A DNA stretch of 64,000 nt from Squalus acanthias (lineage: Eukaryota), in contig CM059436.1 of the NCBI GenBank assembly GCA_030390025.1, forward strand, positions 57,226,001 to 57,290,000, read 5' to 3'. The position numbers and the translations under genes were made by a program. The notes below the pieces were generated by a model. The model saw nothing but the letters and a program-made list of their open reading frames with translations. It did no database searches and was not told the DNA's origin. Below, piece after piece: positions 59,230-64,000 of the stretch (the stretch's first letter is position 1; every line of letters starts with the position of its first letter).

Positions 59230-59917
59230 GGTCCGGGATTTCCTAGAAATGGAAAACGGCATAACAGTGGAGCGGAATTCCGCCCCCCACCCCCCAGGAG
59301 GAAATTCGTACGCAACTGATTTACGCCAGTTTTATGCCAAAACATCACTACACACAAATTTCCTCAATCATTTGCACATCTCCAAGTTACGGCCACCAAA
59401 ATCCCACTTAGACTATTAACATAGCTCCATTCCCATGCAAAAAAATCAGAGAACGCTGCATTGACATCTGTTCTGAATGGACACAATTATACACCCATAA
59501 TTTTGGGTGCAGCCGGACCCAAAGTCATTATTTCTGGTGTTTTATAGCGATTTGGTTTATATTTCTCCTTAGGGAGACCTGCACTTTATTTTCTATAAAT
59601 GCTTTTCTATGCCATCAGAATCTGTTATATTAAAAAAGAGAAAAGTCTCCACAACTGCATTTTCTTAAACGATAGCTTCAAACTTAATTTTCATAGCATA
59701 AGATAGAGGGTCTTAAAAGAAGGAAGATGGCGTATGATCTATGCTTTTCTCGGGCCCCGATTGTTTACTCCGATTACCGCTTATTTTACACCGATTTTTA
59801 CGTTCTGCCATTTGTTAATGAGATTCTCAGGAAATTTCCATCAACAAGATTAGCGTGAAGCCAGCAGAAATTTAGGCATAAGAATCAGTGTAAGTTGAAT
59901 TGAGGAAATTCTGGCCC
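59230..59917. mobile_element. MITE-like element (Harbinger-type ends)
   Basis: Imperfect 15-bp TIRs GGTCCGGGATTTCCT / AGGAAATTCTGGCCC with a CpG-enriched interior. TSD imperfect (GAT/ATT). Confidence 0.55.
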
Positions 59918-62007
59918 ATTGTATTATTTTGCTGGGAAGGTGGACTGTGTCCTTTTAAGGCCATAAAGTCTAACAGTTGTTCAATAAACAGAACCTCAAG
60001 GCAATCACAGTTCAATTATTGTTTGCCGAGGGAACTGTGCAAATTGGAAAATGGATATGAAAAGGGTCTGGGAATAAAATAGTACTTGATCACATGTACG
60101 CAGGCAGTGACTGCCATTGGCACAACCGAATGCTCAAAAAAAATCCTTCCAGGACATATTAAAAAAACAAATGATTAAAAATGAAAGTCATGGTAATCAA
60201 GCCGCCAAACAGAAAATAAGTGCAATCACGCTTGTGTAGTCGTACAGCCATTGGCTATACACGTGGAACCAAAAATCATGACTGTTGCAGTATACAGAGT
60301 GGAAAGCAATTAAGAAACTGCAAAATGTTGTTTCAAAATAAACTAAAAATGGGCCCCACAGTAAATATGCAAAGCAATCGCACCTGCGCAGACTGTGCAG
60401 TCAGACGACAGCGCTTGCACCATAAATAACACCTCGGAGAAAAACGGTGGGTTAAAAATCCCGGATAAGGGTTTGCAACAGGCATACAGCCACAAACATC
60501 AGGTTTTATTCTCAACCACAAAAAGGCCTCCAATCAAAAATGTTTATGAAGACATAGGGTACGTTTAAAGATGTGCTTGTGAAATGTGTAACTTTTTAAA
60601 TTAATTTCTTATTCTTTTCGACAATGTATATGTCAGTTACTGAGAAAACAAAGATGGCAGTCAAAGTATTTTGAGTGATTTGATTGGTTCCCTTCTTTTG
60701 TTTATTGGTAGATGTGGCTTACTGTTCATTCTTGATTTGTTGTTTCCATACACAAGAACATAAGAAATAGGAGCAGAAGTAGGAATACATCCTTAATAGG
60801 CCTTCATTAATAGTTTGTCTGCCAATTTTCTGTGTGTTTTATTTGTATGTTTCCCTACCTCTTCAATTGTGGTTTATTGCTCAATTGGTTTAAGCCAATT
60901 AAGTGCAAATGGAACACAGAAATTTGTATATGCATGTGCGATATCCAAAGTATAATGCCAAAATGGGACATCGGAAGTGTGATGGACAAAATGATGCTAG
61001 ATGTAACATTTTAATATAAAAATTTATAGCCCGGTATAGATAGATACAGGAGTAAATAAATGCCAAAGAGCTCAAAGAGTCTTAGCATTCCTTCAACCAC
61101 TAAAGTGGCCATCACAATAAAGTATACTGATTGTGCAGAATTCCTCTTCAGATGCACAGAATGTACATGCCAATAGAATTTTAGCACTTAAACACGTAGT
61201 ATGTGTCCAATTGCCTTTCAGAATCAAGACTCCAAACTTTAAAATCAGCTCATATGTTTTTGTTTTGCTGGAAAACCAATTGCCCTAAACAGTGTTTAGT
61301 AAACCCGGAGGAAAGCACTTCTATTTATTCCACGGATAAAAAACACAGAATTCACTCATAACTGGAAATTAAAATTTGACGAATTCAGTTGGTTTCAAAT
61401 TAGATTACTTCTCCGGAGTTTGCTCAGGATTGATTCTGTTCAACAATCTATGGCTTATTCTTTATCTACACAGAACACTGTCTGGTCAAGTCTAATATTA
61501 AAATGAGTCAATAATAATACTTGCACTTGTACATTGCCTTTTAACAATAAAATGTCTCTCAGCACTTCAAGCAATGAATTACATTTTAGAATGCAGTGCC
61601 TAATATTAAGAAAGTAAAGATACAGCAAGCATAGTACAGGGAGAGGGATGAGCAGAGAAGGAATAAATAAGTCAGTCGACTCCTACTGACTAGTTCAGGG
61701 AGCAGAGGTGGGTCGATGTTGAGGTGGGTTGTTCACCCCTCAGCTGGCTTTCTGCACAAAGGAATAGAATCGTGGTGGAGCAGAACCCGACAGCCTGGGA
61801 GGTGGAGGGGACAATACACAAGAGCCAACTTGAGAATTCAAAAGAACCTAGAATCATAAATTGAGCTGTATTGTAAACAGTAAAATAAAATGTCATGTTC
61901 TTAACACTAGTAAGATTGCCACCTGTCCAATCTCAGACCACACAGTCTGGGACAGCAAAGGTCTGGTTTCTGTAATAAAAGTTTTTTGTTTTTTTTTAAT
62001 TTTGTAC

Positions 62008-62247
62008 CTCGTGGTGTACAGGTCATTGAGGTTTTTAAAGATATGTTGAGTTTTCACCAGCTGCAATGTGAGCCTCAAAACTCGCCATGATCCGATCCCT
62101 TGCTCCACTCCTTTCTTGGCCACTCCCACTTCCCCCGGTTTGGGTTTTGGACTTGGGAAATGGTAGCAAGCCGAAAACTTGTTTTTGCTGAATAAACTGG
62201 AACTCTTTTCCCCTTCCCCAATGCAGACCCCAACATCATCAGGACAC
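62008..62247 (-). other. Candidate 240-nt internal exon of the minus-strand host gene
   Basis: Acceptor TTCATTTTTTAG|G at 62248/62247, donor GAG|GTACAA after 62008, length divisible by 3, and one frame open throughout. No protein family recognised. Confidence 0.3.
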
Positions 62248-62670
62248 CTAAAAAATGAACTCTGCATCATCAGTATAATTCATGCTAGGACAGCCATTTC
62301 AAGGATAGTGGGGACCGGAGTTTAAACCTCCCCATCACTTTTGTAATCTCCTTGCTTGTATCAACTCCATCTAGTCATGGTGAAACTCTACTTAGGAGAC
62401 CAGACAGGCAGAATAACTCGGAGAATCAGGAAAATCGGTGCAATGATTCAAACATTGATACAGGAGAAGATACAGTCGGTACGATGCATACAGTTCTACT
62501 TACAAGAACCAAAGGCACCTAAGCAGCATTGGTTCAGGCAGACCGGACCAGAGTTAGAATTCTGGAACTCAGTAAAAGTTATTTGGAAATCCGGGCCAAA
62601 TTTGGTCTTTTTAAATGAATGTTATTATTAATAAAATGCCATACTGTTTCACAGTAGTTCCTGCAGTGAT

Positions 62671-62950
62671 TTTTAAGGTGATTGGCAGAAGAACCAAAGG
62701 CGACATGAGGAAAAACATTTTTACTCAGCGAGTGGTTAGGATCTGGAATGCACTGCCTGAAAGGGTGGTGGAGGCAGATTCAAGCACAGCTTTCAAAAGG
62801 GAGTTGGATAAGTACCTGAAGGAAAAAAATTTGCAAGGCTACGGGGAAAGGGCGGGGGAGTGGGACTAACTTAAGTGCTCTTGCAGAGAGCCGGCACGGG
62901 CTCGACAGGCCGAATGGCCTTCTTCCGTGCTATAACCATTCTATGATTCT
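62671..62950 (+). mobile_element. CR1 LINE 3' end (well preserved)
   Basis: FKVIGRRTKGDMRKNIFTQRVVRIWNALPERVVEADSSTAFKRELDKYLK followed by GGCCGAATGGCCTTCTTCCGTGCTATAACCATTCTATGATTCT. Confidence 0.93.
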
Positions 62951-64000
62951 AATGAATTGTTACACAATTCTGACAGTGACATGACTTTTTAACCACTGTT
63001 GGTAGATCAACAAGTGCAGACAACATTTGTGGCTTGGGTTCTTTCTTTTTCTCTCTTTCAGGCAGGTAGTCAACAGGACTCAATGTAGGTTCTATCCTTT
63101 TATGTGCAACAGTAGGTACTTTAGGTTTCACTGAAGCTCCTGGATATAATTTTGAGTTGGCACCAAACTTGTGGTCAGAGGTGTGAGGTAACCTCCATTC
63201 TGTCTTTCATCAGGAGGTCCTTCGCTGTTCATGATAGAAGCCCCCAACTCTGAGCTGGTCATATACACTGAAACATCCTCCCCGGCTTATAATGAGTTTT
63301 ACTGGTTTGGAGATTGGCAGCTGCAGGAACTACTGTGAAACAGGAGGCCATCTTCATTTATCATCCCCACCAATCTCACGGCCCAGCTTGCAAACAAAAT
63401 ATGCCATAGTAAACATAATCCATACATCACTTTCTGACACTGGTGACCCCATTAGAGAGCTACGGCTGGCCTAGCGGGAGCATCCTACTGTACATTAACA
63501 ATAAAATGCCTGGAACATTTTGACAATCTTTTCAAATACATTTTAGAGAACAGAGAATGCCGTGCTTCAAGTAGTTTCATTCAGAGCCTGCAGACCCTAT
63601 AGGTGCGTTGTCTTCATTTGAAAGCTTTTCAGACTGGCTGCGCAGCAGGAATGTGCCTGTTTACTGTGAAACAAAAACCGAGCCAACCGAAAGCCTGCAG
63701 CACGGGCGGCAATCTAATGAGAGCACATGAGTGCTGTCCAGGTGTTCTCCTCAGCAAAGTCCCTTTCCCTTTCAATGGTTGGAAATCAGGAGTTCACCTT
63801 TTTTTTTTAAACTCTCAGTGATTTTAGGAGAGTTATTAGCAAGCATTCTAATATCTTCACAGTGAAGGGATGTTAAGTAAATAAACACCTCAGTGAGCAC
63901 AGGTATAGTACTGTCAGGAGCACTTGAATAAAGCAATGCACAGGTCTCTTCAAAGGAGGTGGAAAAGGAGACTCAACACCGTTTATAAAATGACAATATG

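Noticed and set aside
1-64000. Naming the host gene
   Set aside because: None of the candidate exon peptides matched a protein I recognise, so no gene symbol is assigned.

Overview
Vertebrate nuclear DNA, most likely from a shark or other cartilaginous fish (inferred from the repeat families: V-SINE/HE1-type, Deu-domain SacSINE1/AmnSINE1-type SINEs, L2 and CR1 LINEs). I found no intact protein-coding gene. The long ORFs are decayed LINE fragments (L2 RT at 176-1577; CR1 and Tx1 ORF2 pieces) or chance frames in repeats. The window reads like a large intron or 5' region of an unidentified gene, probably on the minus strand, with several candidate first or short exons (about 20.5-20.8, 40.45, 52.5 and 62.0-62.25 kb). 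It is dense in nested mobile elements. The most striking structure is a TSD-flanked, near-perfect 144-bp-arm hairpin at 11164-11530, which carries a minimal hammerhead-ribozyme motif in each arm (one per strand), as in Penelope-like elements. A shorter loopless palindromic sibling lies at 56902-57013, and a second hammerhead-type family occurs at 33220-33330 and 13947-14095. Several PIF/Harbinger-like MITE families, two degenerate minisatellites and a one-strand bias of poly-G tracts are also present. Family names come from recognition by eye, not database searches. Boundaries of old repeats are approximate.
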